Assembly (NCBI GenBank): GCA_965208835.1
Contig: OZ242358.1
Span: 1,824,001 to 1,888,000, forward strand
Length of the DNA: 64,000 nt
Direction: 5' to 3'
From: Candidatus Latescibacterota bacterium
GTDB lineage: Bacteria; Latescibacterota; UBA2968; GCA-2709665
The notes below the pieces were generated by a model that made no database searches, was not told where the DNA came from, and worked only from the letters and a program-made list of their open reading frames with translations. Made by a program: the position numbers and the translations under genes. This document shows positions 48,520-57,912 of the stretch, piece after piece (position 1 is the stretch's first letter; every line of letters starts with the position of its first letter).

Positions 48520-48659
48520 GTTCAACTCCTTGGCAAAGCTCGTTTTCAGCGTACACGGGGTATTGAAACCGGAACCCTGACAGGCACAACGGGCGGCATC
48601 CGGTATTTCCTGCGAGTGCCGCGTGCCGATGGCGTGTGCGCCGCTGCCGTCGGCGGACG

Positions 48660-49196
48660 TTACTTCGGCGCAATGATCACGACGATGTTGCGGCCCTCGT
48701 CCTTGATGGGCATTTCGGCCGCACCGACCTCCCGAAGGTCTTCCTCGGCCCGTTCCAGCAGTTCTCTGCCCTGCATTCGATACATATTCTGTCGGCCGCG
48801 AAATTCCACGGAGATTCTGACCTTGTGCCGGTGCTTCAGGAAGTTCTCGGCGTGGCGAATCTTGAATTCGTAGTCGTGATCGCTGATTCTGGGTCCGAGG
48901 CGGATTTCCTTCAGTTGCGATGCGGTCTTCTTGCCTTTCTTCTGCTTCTTGCTCTGCTCGTACCGGTACTTGCCATAGTTCATGATACGGCAGACCGGCG
49001 GTCGGGCATTGGGAGCGACTTCGACCAGGTCGAGGTCGGCTTCCATCGCCATTTCCATCGCCTTTCTGGTTTCTACGATCCCGACCTGCTCGCCGTCTTT
49101 GTCGACCAGTCGGATCTGGGGAATGCGGATCTGTTCGTTGACGCGGGGCGCTCTTTCCTGTTTTCGATCTCTGAAAACTCTTGGACCTCTGTTGAT
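48660..49196 (-). CDS. infC: translation initiation factor IF-3, probable ATC start
   Basis: RVNEQIR, DLVEVAPNARPPVCRIMNYGK, FRGR; SD GGAGGTG 6 nt before ATC at 49196. Confidence 0.93.
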   Translation of the reverse strand: MNRGPRVFRDRKQERAPRVNEQIRIPQIRLVDKDGEQVGIVETRKAMEMAMEADLDLVEVAPNARPPVCRIMNYGKYRYEQSKKQKKGKKTASQLKEIRLGPRISDHDYEFKIRHAENFLKHRHKVRISVEFRGRQNMYRMQGRELLERAEEDLREVGAAEMPIKDEGRNIVVIIAPK

Positions 49197-49245
49197 ACCG
49201 ATCACCTCCGAAGTTGATCCGGGCCGCTTGCGGGCCTGATTGGAT

Positions 49246-51183
49246 TTACGCGACGCTTTTCGTCTCGACTTCCTTCTGCATACGGGCGATAAGGTCCATT
49301 GTGGACATGCCACCGAGGTCGCCGGCGCCATGCCTGCGTACTGAAATGGACTGTGCGGCCACTTCCTGCTTGCCCACAATCACCATATAGGGAATCTTCC
49401 GGACTTCAGCCTCGCGAATTTTGAAACCGAGCTTGGCGTCCTGTGGGTCCACTTCGGCGCGGAGACCCGCGCTGTTGAGCTGGCTGGCAACCTCGCCGGC
49501 ATAGCCTGCAAACGGATCTGATACCGGAAGTACGACAGCCTGTACCGGAGCCAGCCAGAGCGGGAAATTTCCCGCGTAATGTTCGATAAGCAGGCCGAAG
49601 AACCGTTCCATTGCACCCAGAAGGGCGCGATGGACCATATACGGACGATGGAATTTTCCGTCTGACCCCACAAAGCTGAGGTCGAACCGTTCCGGAAGGT
49701 TAAAGTCGAACTGGATCGTGGTGCACTGCCACTCCCTGTTCAGGGCATCGTTGATGGTCACGTCGATCTTCGGGCCGTAGAAGGCGCCCGACCCTTCGTC
49801 GATACGATACGGCAGCTTTTGTGCGTCAACGGCCCGCTTGAGTGCGTCCGTGGCTCGTTGCCAGTCGGCCGGATCTCCAACCGCCTTCTCGGGCCGGGTT
49901 GAGATGTAGACGTTGAAGTCTTCAAAGCCGAACGACTTCAGGATGAACAGCGTGAAGTCGATCACCCGGGACACTTCGTCCTCCACCTGATCCGGTCGAC
50001 AGAAGATATGGGCGTCGTCCTGGGTGAATCCGCGCACCCGTAAGAGTCCGTGCAGCGTGCCGACCATTTCGTAGCGGTAGACGGTGCCCATTTCGGCCCA
50101 GCGCAAGGGAAGCTCTCTATAGCTGCGCCTGCGGGACTTGTAGATGAGGCTGTGGAACGGACAATTCATCGGTTTGGCGAAATAGGCCTGCCCGTCGATA
50201 TCCATTGGGGGGTACATGTTCTCAAGGAAGAAATCCAGATGTCCGCTGGTTTCCCAGAGACGGGAGCGACCGATGTGGGGCGAACCCACCAGGTCATAGC
50301 CGCCGTCGTAATGCGCTTCGCGCCAGAAATCTTCAATCTGGTTCCTGATTCGCGCGCCATTGGGATGCCAGAGAACCAGACCGGGTCCCGCGGTATCGTT
50401 GATTGAGAAGAGATCGAGCTGTACGCCGAGGGTACGGTGGTCCCGGTTCCTGGCTTCTTCCAGGTACTCGAGATAGGCGTTGAGGTCTTTCTTTCCCGGA
50501 AAGGAGATGCCGTAGATGCGCTGGAGCATCACGTTGTTTTCGTCGCCCCGCCAGTATGCGCCCGAAGAACTCAGCAATTTGACGGCCTTGATGCAGCCGG
50601 TGTCGGGAACGTGCGGCCCCCGGCAGAGGTCCAGCCACTTGCCGGCATTCTCGTAGATGCTGATGGTTTCGCCGGGTTCGATTTCCTCCAGGATTTCCAG
50701 CTTATATGTCTCGCCGCGTTCCCTGAACAGATCGATCGCGGCCTCCCGGGTGATTTCCCTGCGCTCGAAGGTCTGGGCTTCCGCGATGAGTTCCCGCATC
50801 CTGACTTCGATTCTGCGCAATTCGTCCGGCGTGAATGGTTTTTCCCGATCGAAGTCGTAATAAAAGCCATTTTCGATGGGTGGGCCCAGCGTGACTTTGA
50901 CGTCCGGAAACAGGTCCTGCACGGCCTGCGCCATGATATGGGCGGTGCTGTGCCAGTACACTTCCTTGCCGGCGTCGCTGGAAAAGGTGAGGATTTCCAG
51001 GTCGACGTCGCCGTCCAGCGCACAGCTTAGATCCACGGCCCGGCCGTTGACCTTTCCGGCCAGCGCGGCGCGCGCGAGGCCCGAACCGATGGACTCGGCC
51101 ACCTGCAGGATGGTGACGCCCGCACGGAAGTCCTTTCGGGAGCCGTCCGGCAGGGTGACGGTTATGTTGCCGTTTCGGGGCAT
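49246..51183 (-). CDS. thrS: threonine--tRNA ligase
   Basis: TGS domain, HSTAH, DLCRGPH, KPMNCPFH, RVRGFTQDDAH, FYGPKID. Confidence 0.97.
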   Translation of the reverse strand: MPRNGNITVTLPDGSRKDFRAGVTILQVAESIGSGLARAALAGKVNGRAVDLSCALDGDVDLEILTFSSDAGKEVYWHSTAHIMAQAVQDLFPDVKVTLGPPIENGFYYDFDREKPFTPDELRRIEVRMRELIAEAQTFERREITREAAIDLFRERGETYKLEILEEIEPGETISIYENAGKWLDLCRGPHVPDTGCIKAVKLLSSSGAYWRGDENNVMLQRIYGISFPGKKDLNAYLEYLEEARNRDHRTLGVQLDLFSINDTAGPGLVLWHPNGARIRNQIEDFWREAHYDGGYDLVGSPHIGRSRLWETSGHLDFFLENMYPPMDIDGQAYFAKPMNCPFHSLIYKSRRRSYRELPLRWAEMGTVYRYEMVGTLHGLLRVRGFTQDDAHIFCRPDQVEDEVSRVIDFTLFILKSFGFEDFNVYISTRPEKAVGDPADWQRATDALKRAVDAQKLPYRIDEGSGAFYGPKIDVTINDALNREWQCTTIQFDFNLPERFDLSFVGSDGKFHRPYMVHRALLGAMERFFGLLIEHYAGNFPLWLAPVQAVVLPVSDPFAGYAGEVASQLNSAGLRAEVDPQDAKLGFKIREAEVRKIPYMVIVGKQEVAAQSISVRRHGAGDLGGMSTMDLIARMQKEVETKSVA

Positions 51184-51326
51184 CGGATCTGGTGTTTCAG
51201 AATTGACGAGAAGAATCGGCGGAGACGTCTATCACAATAAACAGGCGTTTTACATGGCCGGGAGCGTTATCGGCGCATCCCAGGCACAGGTGCGATCGAG
51301 AGTGTCGGACTTCGCTTTCGAGTAAT

Positions 51327-51478
51327 AAAAAAACGCGCGACCTTTCTACTTGCGCGTCGAATTCAGAAAAACTCCCGGTGACAAACGATCCGTTCCGTTG
51401 ACACTCCTCCGCAAGTAGGTTGATGGGCATATACTTACATCATCAGATCAATTTATATTATCCTGAAAGGGTTGTCAA
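51327..51478 (-). promoter_or_regulatory. thrS promoter and structured leader with terminator
   Basis: TTGACA-N17-TAAATT; CTACTTGCG/CGCAAGTAG pairing competes with the ACGCGC...GCGCGT-T7 terminator. Confidence 0.55.
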
Positions 51479-51595
51479 GCGAAAACTCCTGTTTCTGCGG
51501 TGCGATTCAGCGCGATTCTGCCTCGCGGAAAAAGGCTGCCGGTACCTTCGGCCCGTGAACCTCCAAGCCGGTATTTTCCGGCGCCTGCGCTGCCG

Positions 51596-52249
51596 TTACG
51601 GGAGGTCGAGGATTTTGTGGATCCTGCAGGACAGCCGCCACGCGGGGTGCCGTTTGAGGATGTCGAGGGTCTTCGCGATATATTCAGGTTTGCTCGACTC
51701 GGGTTGGAGGTAGACATAACGGGCGCGGTCCTCTCTTACCATGCCTTCCTCAAAGTGTTTCCCTACCACGTATTTGAGCTCAGTAATGTCCCTGAGGCCA
51801 CTCGCGATGGATTTTCTCTTGGGAGAGACGGTCCAGTGTTCGATGAGGTCGTAAAGGTCCGGGTCCGGATCGATCGCGCCGTTGGTCTCGATATGGATGC
51901 GGTAGTCGAAGGACCGGAGTTCGCGGCAAAGCGGTCCGATGTTCTGGCCGAGGGGTTCTCCGCCGGTCAGGCAGACCCAGGAGGCGGTGTGGCGGCCGAC
52001 TTCGGCCACAATTTCGGCGATATCGAGTTCGGTGTACGTATCGAATTCGGTGTCGCAGAAGAAGCAGCGCAGATTGCATCTCGCGAGCCGCACGAAAGTG
52101 GTGGGCTGGCCGACGCGCAGGCCTTCGCCTTCTATGGAGTAGAAGATCTCGTTAATCTGCAGCGTCCGGCCGTCTTCGCGCCAGAGCGGCATCCGATCGA
52201 CGGGCGCGCGAGGGATGCCTTCCAGCATGTCGGGGTCTCTGGGGGACAA
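51596..52249 (-). CDS. queE: 7-carboxy-7-deazaguanine synthase (radical SAM)
   Basis: INEIFYSIEGEG, FVRLARCNLRCFFCDT, TGGEP, IETNG, TVSPK; start codon uncertain. Confidence 0.9.
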   Translation of the reverse strand: MSPRDPDMLEGIPRAPVDRMPLWREDGRTLQINEIFYSIEGEGLRVGQPTTFVRLARCNLRCFFCDTEFDTYTELDIAEIVAEVGRHTASWVCLTGGEPLGQNIGPLCRELRSFDYRIHIETNGAIDPDPDLYDLIEHWTVSPKRKSIASGLRDITELKYVVGKHFEEGMVREDRARYVYLQPESSKPEYIAKTLDILKRHPAWRLSCRIHKILDLP

Positions 52250-52578
52250 TACGTGCTCCGGGCAGTCGGCGCGGCGGGACAGGACACCAGATCGAATACA
52301 TTTGAAATAATGGTAAACCGGGACCTGAGACAAGGAAAATCCTTGACATCCTCAACCGACCCTTCAATATTGTCGACCGTTCGGGGCATGCACAATGGTT
52401 ACGCTCCGTTTTTTTTTGGTTTAATCGCGCGGCTTACCTGTGCCCCGCGGGCGCGCCGGCGGACGATTCGCGTCAGCGGCAGAGTCTCGGCGTTACGACA
52501 CGCGTCGTTTCACGCCGATACCTTCTGTGCCTTTTGTGGCCGATTTAACGGTTGACTATTCCGGGTTGAGGTTAACGG

Positions 52579-53259
52579 GTGACAGATCGAACCTTTGATG
52601 CCGTGATATTCGACGTGGACGGCGTGATCGTGGATTCAGAAGCAGTCTACTGCGAGACGTTCAACGCGACGCTGGGAGATTACGGCGAAGGGATGAGCCG
52701 GGCGGACTATGCGGTATGCGTGGGCCATCCCGTCGAGGAAAACAGTGCGTACGCCGTGGACCGATACCGGTTGGACGTGACGCCTGCCGCATTCCGCGAG
52801 ATCTGGATGGATCGTTTCGAGAAAGCGGTCTCGAATCCCGACCGGGTGTCTCTGATGCCGGAGATTCTGGAACTGATGGCACACGTCCGGGCACGCGGAT
52901 GTCCGCTGGCGGTGGCGTCGTCCACGCAGCGGGACCGGATGATGAAGACGCTGAACAGCGGCCTGCTGTCCAGATTGGACGGCGTGCGTGACCTGGCCGA
53001 GGTGTTCGATGTGATGCTGTCCGGCAGCGACGTGAAACGGCTGAAACCGGCGCCGGACATCTATCTGATGGCCGCCGCGAGATTGAACGTCGAACCGGAT
53101 CGGTGTGCGGTTATCGAGGATAGCGAGGCGGGTGTCAAGGCCGGCAAGGCCGCGGGGATGACGGTGTTCGCGGTGCCGAATTTCTTCACCCGACGCCAGC
53201 GACACGGCGAGGCCGATTTCATTCTGGGCGGGCTGTCGGAAGCGAAACGGCATCTTTGA
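52579..53259 (+). CDS. HAD superfamily phosphatase (beta-PGM-like)
   Basis: FDVDGVIVDSE, VASS, KPAPDIY, VIEDS. Confidence 0.9.
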   Translation: MTDRTFDAVIFDVDGVIVDSEAVYCETFNATLGDYGEGMSRADYAVCVGHPVEENSAYAVDRYRLDVTPAAFREIWMDRFEKAVSNPDRVSLMPEILELMAHVRARGCPLAVASSTQRDRMMKTLNSGLLSRLDGVRDLAEVFDVMLSGSDVKRLKPAPDIYLMAAARLNVEPDRCAVIEDSEAGVKAGKAAGMTVFAVPNFFTRRQRHGEADFILGGLSEAKRHL

Positions 53260-53264
53260 AACCG

Positions 53265-53304
53265 GCAGCCGCGTGAAAACCGCCGGGAGTTTTGCGACAG
53301 CTTC
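53265..53304. mobile_element. truncated right end of the GAAGCTG MITE family
   Basis: GCAGCCGCGTGAAAACCGCCGGGAGTTTTGCGACAGCTTC|TCA; the TCA is the neighbouring stop codon. Confidence 0.65.
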
Positions 53305-54027
53305 TCAGGCGTAGCTCTCCGAGTTGTCTTCGGGAGCGTATCCAAGTTCCTCGCGTGCGTTTCGGAGGTCCCAGTACGCGCGGGTATTGTTCGAAATGCC
53401 GTAATAGATGCCGAAATGGACGTCGGTTTCGATGCTGCACCGCACGAGTTGGACGGTATCGCGGTGGCTGAGCCAGGACGCGAGGATCCGGTCGCTCGTG
53501 CGGTTGATGACCGAGTCGGCCGGCTGAAAGGAGCCGATCCGCAGACAGATCACCGAGAGCCCGAATGCGTCCGCGTAGTACCGCCCCAGGTCTTCTCCGT
53601 AGGCCTTGCTGGCGCCGTAGAAACTGTCCGGCCGCGCGTTCACCTCGGTCGTGGTACCGATGCCGTTTTTTTCGTAATATCCGGTAACATGGTTGCTGCT
53701 GGCGAATACGACGCGGTGGACGTCTGACCGCCGGGCCGCCTCGTAGACGGTGTATGTTCCGCGGATGTTCGCCTCCAGGATATCTTCGAAGGAAGCGTTC
53801 CCGTTTGGATTCCCGGCCATGTGGACCACGGCGTCCACACCCTTCGCCGCCGCAATAACCCTGTTCATGTCGGTAATGCTTGAAACATGCACGTCTTCGC
53901 CGGGACGGGCCGGCAGGATGGTGTTGTGATACAGCAGGCTGAGGCGGTAGTCGTCCTTCAATCCCTCTCGCAGTACGCGCCCTATTCTGCCCGCGGCGCC
54001 TGTGATGAGGATTTTCTTTTGCTGCAC
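53305..54027 (-). CDS. NAD-dependent epimerase/dehydratase, uronate dehydrogenase-like
   Basis: ITGAAGRIG, FASSNH, RPDSFYGASK, CLRIGSF, WLSHRD. Confidence 0.85.
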   Translation of the reverse strand: MQQKKILITGAAGRIGRVLREGLKDDYRLSLLYHNTILPARPGEDVHVSSITDMNRVIAAAKGVDAVVHMAGNPNGNASFEDILEANIRGTYTVYEAARRSDVHRVVFASSNHVTGYYEKNGIGTTTEVNARPDSFYGASKAYGEDLGRYYADAFGLSVICLRIGSFQPADSVINRTSDRILASWLSHRDTVQLVRCSIETDVHFGIYYGISNNTRAYWDLRNAREELGYAPEDNSESYA

Positions 54028-54176
54028 GTTAAGCCTTTCGTCTAACGGTCCGTTGATCGAGTCGCTCTGCATGCATCGGCCGATGGCAGCCCGGATGGGC
54101 GTTTTCAGCGGGCTGCCAGGTTTTGAGTCGTGATCGGTTGTCAGCCCGACGGGAGGTGCGCCCGCCGGGCTGACAC

Positions 54177-55013
54177 TCACAGGGGCTTGACACCGGCCCA
54201 TTCGGGAAGGAGCCGGGCGGCATTATTCCAGAGTATGTCTTTTCTGGTTGCTTCGGAAAGATCGGCGCCCAGTGTTTTTCCGAGACATTGGCCGAAGAGG
54301 CGGACCGGCAGGTCCGAACCGAAGACGACGCGACGGCCTCCCAGCGCGTCCACGGCGGTTTCGACGATTCCGGCCTCGGGGTCGCCGCCGCCGGTGTCCG
54401 CCACCAGGTTCGGGCAGTCCGCGACATGCTCGATGCCCCGGAGCCCGCACCCGTTGAGGTGGGCCATGATGATTTTGGCGCCGGGGTGCCTGCGCGCGAG
54501 TTGGGCCACGTCCTGTGGAAAGGACTCGCCCGGCAGGTTGCCGGTGGTCTTGTCCCACGCGTGCTGCAGAACGGGCACGTCGAGTTCAGCGGCACGCTGC
54601 ATGATCGGGTCCAGCCCGGCATCGGTGGCCCGGCGCGCCACCCACAGCTTGATTCCGCACATGCGCTCTTCAACGATGCACCGGTTAATCTCGTCGACGG
54701 ACGCTTCGGGACAGGCGGGATTGACGTAGCAGAACGGAAGAAAGGCCTCAGGCGCCCGATCGCGCATCCGCAGATTGTAGTCGTTCCCGTCCCGGCAGTG
54801 TCGCATCGCGGGGTCATGGAGAGGGCTGCCGGCGCCCGATTCGGGATGCAGCAGAAAGATGCACATCTTCGTGATTCCCGCGCGTCCGGCGGCCTCCAGG
54901 ATCCTCCTGGCGTCGGTCTCTACGGATGCTGCGCCGGTACCGAGCGGGTGGACATGCACGTCCAGCACGTCGCAGGGTGGCTTGAGTCTCTCTCTCAACG
55001 TGTTCAGGTTCAC
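54177..55013 (-). CDS. amidohydrolase_2 family protein
   Basis: DVHVH, GIKLW, VLQHAW, IMAH, FGSD; paralog of 55853..56689. Confidence 0.88.
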   Translation of the reverse strand: MNLNTLRERLKPPCDVLDVHVHPLGTGAASVETDARRILEAAGRAGITKMCIFLLHPESGAGSPLHDPAMRHCRDGNDYNLRMRDRAPEAFLPFCYVNPACPEASVDEINRCIVEERMCGIKLWVARRATDAGLDPIMQRAAELDVPVLQHAWDKTTGNLPGESFPQDVAQLARRHPGAKIIMAHLNGCGLRGIEHVADCPNLVADTGGGDPEAGIVETAVDALGGRRVVFGSDLPVRLFGQCLGKTLGADLSEATRKDILWNNAARLLPEWAGVKPL

Positions 55014-55025
55014 CGCAACCCTCCG

Positions 55026-55778
55026 CTACCAGTTGACGATTCGCTCGGCGTTTCCTCCCAGGATTGCGGCGGCATCGTCGTCGGAGAGATCGGTGGCGAC
55101 CCGCGAAAGGGCTGAGTAGGGGATGAAGAGCGGCGCGTGAGAGCCGAACAGCAGTTTGTCCCTCAGGCCGTCTTCGACCAGCACCTTTACCGCATCCATC
55201 CCGTCCGACTGGGAGACGTCCGCGTAGAGGTTGGGGAGACCCAGAATCCTGTCTCGAAGTCCCCTGACTTCAGCCGTGCGCGGCCCGCCGATGATAGTGA
55301 GAAGACCCGGGTGGCGTTCTGCGGCATCCGCGATTTCGGCTGCGGGTACGTCGGGTACCTGGGCGAGGGGATGCTGCCTGCGGGGGTCTTCGAGCCGTGT
55401 CTGCACGATGACGCCGAGCCCGGCGCACGCAAGGGCCGCGAACAGGTCGGACGCGGAACTCAGATCGTAGCCGCAATAGGCGGGCAGGAGTTTGACCAGG
55501 CGGACCCGGGGCTGCGCTTCCGCCCGCTGGAGTTCGTCGCGCCAGGTGGCGATGGTCGGATCCAGAACGGGTACGGGCCAGACGTCGTCCGTCACGACCG
55601 ATGCGGCGTAGAGACTGTCGTTGAACCGGTGCGGGTTGCGGCACCACGCGGCGTCCAGGGGCGAAACGCACATGCGTTCCACGCCGTATTCCCTGAGGGA
55701 GGCGCGAACGGAGTCAAGGGCCCCTTCGACGGGATGGGAGGGCCAGTGTCCGGTGTAGGCGTTGATGTCGATAATCAT
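55026..55778 (-). CDS. amidohydrolase_2-like protein with degenerate metal ligands
   Basis: IIDINAYTGHWP (HxH replaced), KLLPAY, LLFGSHAP. Confidence 0.78.
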   Translation of the reverse strand: MIIDINAYTGHWPSHPVEGALDSVRASLREYGVERMCVSPLDAAWCRNPHRFNDSLYAASVVTDDVWPVPVLDPTIATWRDELQRAEAQPRVRLVKLLPAYCGYDLSSASDLFAALACAGLGVIVQTRLEDPRRQHPLAQVPDVPAAEIADAAERHPGLLTIIGGPRTAEVRGLRDRILGLPNLYADVSQSDGMDAVKVLVEDGLRDKLLFGSHAPLFIPYSALSRVATDLSDDDAAAILGGNAERIVNW

Positions 55779-55852
55779 GCAGTTCTCCCTGGCGCATGTC
55801 GATTTCGATTCGCGCGATTCAGGCACGCCGTTTTGGACCCTGGCGCGATCGG

Positions 55853-56689
55853 TCAGAGGGTCCGCACGCCGGACCACGCCGGCAGGAGGCGGGCGGTGTT
55901 GTTCCAGAGGATCTCTCTCTTGACGGCCTCCGGAAGCTCGGTTCCGAGCGTCTTGCCGAGTTGCACGCCGAAATGGCGGATCGGAGCGTCGGAACCGTAG
56001 ACGATGCGATCGGGTCCGATGGTCGATACGGCCGCTTCGACGATGCCGCTGTCCGGGTCTCCTCCGGAGGTATCGACGTAGATGTTCGGACAGTCCGCCA
56101 CGTCTTCCATACCGGCAAGCCCGCAGCCATTCATGTGAGCCATGATGATGTTCGCGTCAGGGTGGCGCCGCGCCAGGTGAGCCACGTCGGCCGGAAAGGA
56201 CTCGCCCACAAGATTGCCGTCCGTCTTGATCCACGCGTGCTGCAGCACCGGAACACCGAAATGTACCGCGCGTTCCAGGATGGGGTCCAGGCCCGGATCG
56301 GTGGCGCGGCGGGCGACCCACAGCTTGATCCCGCCCATACGCTCGCATTCGATGCAGCGGTCGATTTCCGAAACGGACTCAGCGGGGTACATTGGATTGA
56401 CGTAACAGAAGGGGATGAAGACGTCCGGCGCGACGTCCCGCATGGAGAGGGCGTAGTCGTTTGCCTGCCTGAACGCTTCAACCGACGGCTCTCTCGGGCA
56501 GGTGGTGTATAACGAGAAGAGGCACATCTTTTCCACGCCCGCGCGTGCGGCGGACTCGATAATGAGGCGCGCGTCCTCCCTGGCATCGGCGATCCTGTAA
56601 AGACCGAAGCAGTCCAGCGGATGCACGTGGACGTCGAGGGCGGGGCAAGCCGGCTTCAGGCGGTCCGTCACTTCGGATGGCGTCATCAC
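55853..56689 (-). CDS. amidohydrolase_2 family protein
   Basis: DVHVH, GIKLWVARRATDPGLDPI, YGSDAP. Confidence 0.88.
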   Translation of the reverse strand: MMTPSEVTDRLKPACPALDVHVHPLDCFGLYRIADAREDARLIIESAARAGVEKMCLFSLYTTCPREPSVEAFRQANDYALSMRDVAPDVFIPFCYVNPMYPAESVSEIDRCIECERMGGIKLWVARRATDPGLDPILERAVHFGVPVLQHAWIKTDGNLVGESFPADVAHLARRHPDANIIMAHMNGCGLAGMEDVADCPNIYVDTSGGDPDSGIVEAAVSTIGPDRIVYGSDAPIRHFGVQLGKTLGTELPEAVKREILWNNTARLLPAWSGVRTL

Positions 56690-56968
56690 ACGTCTCCAGT
56701 ATAAAGCACATCACACATGCACGATACCGTCGGCACGGGGTTTTTCCGGATAATTCCTTGCCCCTGCAATCCATCATATATATAATTAACCAGGGCCTGA
56801 ATGTCAGCAGATTTCCGCCCGGCCGGTGACGAAACGGTTTGGGATGCCCAACCGCACGCCCGGGAAACGCAGCGCCTTTCGCAGTGCGGTTACACATTGA
56901 TCCTGTCGCCGTCGCAATCGTAATGCCGGAAAGTTTTCCTTGCTTATTCGAATTCCTGAATGGGGAGG

Positions 56969-57727
56969 ATGATGAAAGCGATCGTCATCGCGGCGGGTTA
57001 CGCCACCCGGCTATACCCCCTGACCCTGAACTTCCCGAAGGGGCTCCTCGAGGTGGGCGGGCGCGCGATCGTGGACTATCTGATGGACCAGATCGAGTCC
57101 GTTCCGGATGTAGATGAGGTCTATCTTGTAACCAACAGCCGGTTCGCCGGTCATTTCGAGCGCTGGGCGGCCGGGTGGAACGGTCGGCTGGACATCGACG
57201 TGATCGACGACGGGACGACGACCAATGACAACCGGCTGGGCGCGGTCGGGGACATCCGGTTCGCTATCGGTTCGCGGGCGATTACCGACGACATCCTGGT
57301 ATGCGGGTCGGACAATCTGCTCGAATTTCGTCTGAAGGATCTGGTGGCGGACTACCGCGCCAATCCTGTGGCCCACATTTGCGTATGTTACGTGGACGAC
57401 CCGGCTGACCGCCGGCGCCGCGGCATCGCAGTGCTGAACGCGGACAACCGTGTGGTAAAGTTTGAAGAAAAGCCCGACCAGCCGGAATCGTACTGGGGCT
57501 CCGCTGCCATTTACGTATACCCCGCGACCACGCTGAAGCGGTTCGACGAATATGTAGAGAGCGGTCGGACGCCGGATGCGCCGGGGCACTTCGTCGAGTG
57601 GCTCTGCCAGGTCGAGCCCGTATACGCGCACAGAATTCAGGGCTCGGCGATCGATATCGGAAATCCCGAGACCCTGGAGCAGGCGAGGCGTGAATACGGG
57701 GATGAGGCTCGCAACGCACATAAGTAA
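56969..57727 (+). CDS. nucleotidyltransferase (NTP_transferase family)
   Basis: AAGYATRLYPLT..PK.LL, DN, FEEKP, DIG. Confidence 0.88.
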   Translation: MMKAIVIAAGYATRLYPLTLNFPKGLLEVGGRAIVDYLMDQIESVPDVDEVYLVTNSRFAGHFERWAAGWNGRLDIDVIDDGTTTNDNRLGAVGDIRFAIGSRAITDDILVCGSDNLLEFRLKDLVADYRANPVAHICVCYVDDPADRRRRGIAVLNADNRVVKFEEKPDQPESYWGSAAIYVYPATTLKRFDEYVESGRTPDAPGHFVEWLCQVEPVYAHRIQGSAIDIGNPETLEQARREYGDEARNAHK

Positions 57728-57769
57728 CCGCACTTGGCCTGCATCGCGAGCATTTCCATGAGTTTGTAA

Positions 57770-57877
57770 TTCCTGAGCCGCTCCCTGAGCCTGTCGAAGG
57801 GTCGGCGAAGGGATCGCAAACACGGGCATTTCGACATTTCGACAAGCTCAATGCAGGCATGCTCAATGACCACGTTT
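57770..57877. repeat. CCCTTCGACAGGCTCAGG REP-type element (inverted copy of 6838-6990)
   Basis: Revcomp AAACGTGGTCATTGAGCATGCCTGCATTG...GCTTGTCGAAATGTCGAA...CCCTTCGACAGGCTCAGGGAGCGGCTC. Confidence 0.8.
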
Positions 57878-57912
57878 CGACAGGTCCTGGAAATTGAACT
57901 CATAGTTTGGGG

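Noticed and set aside
52250-52420. preQ1 riboswitch upstream of queE
   Set aside because: No recognisable preQ1 stem/loop consensus; the A-tract belongs to an opposite-strand terminator
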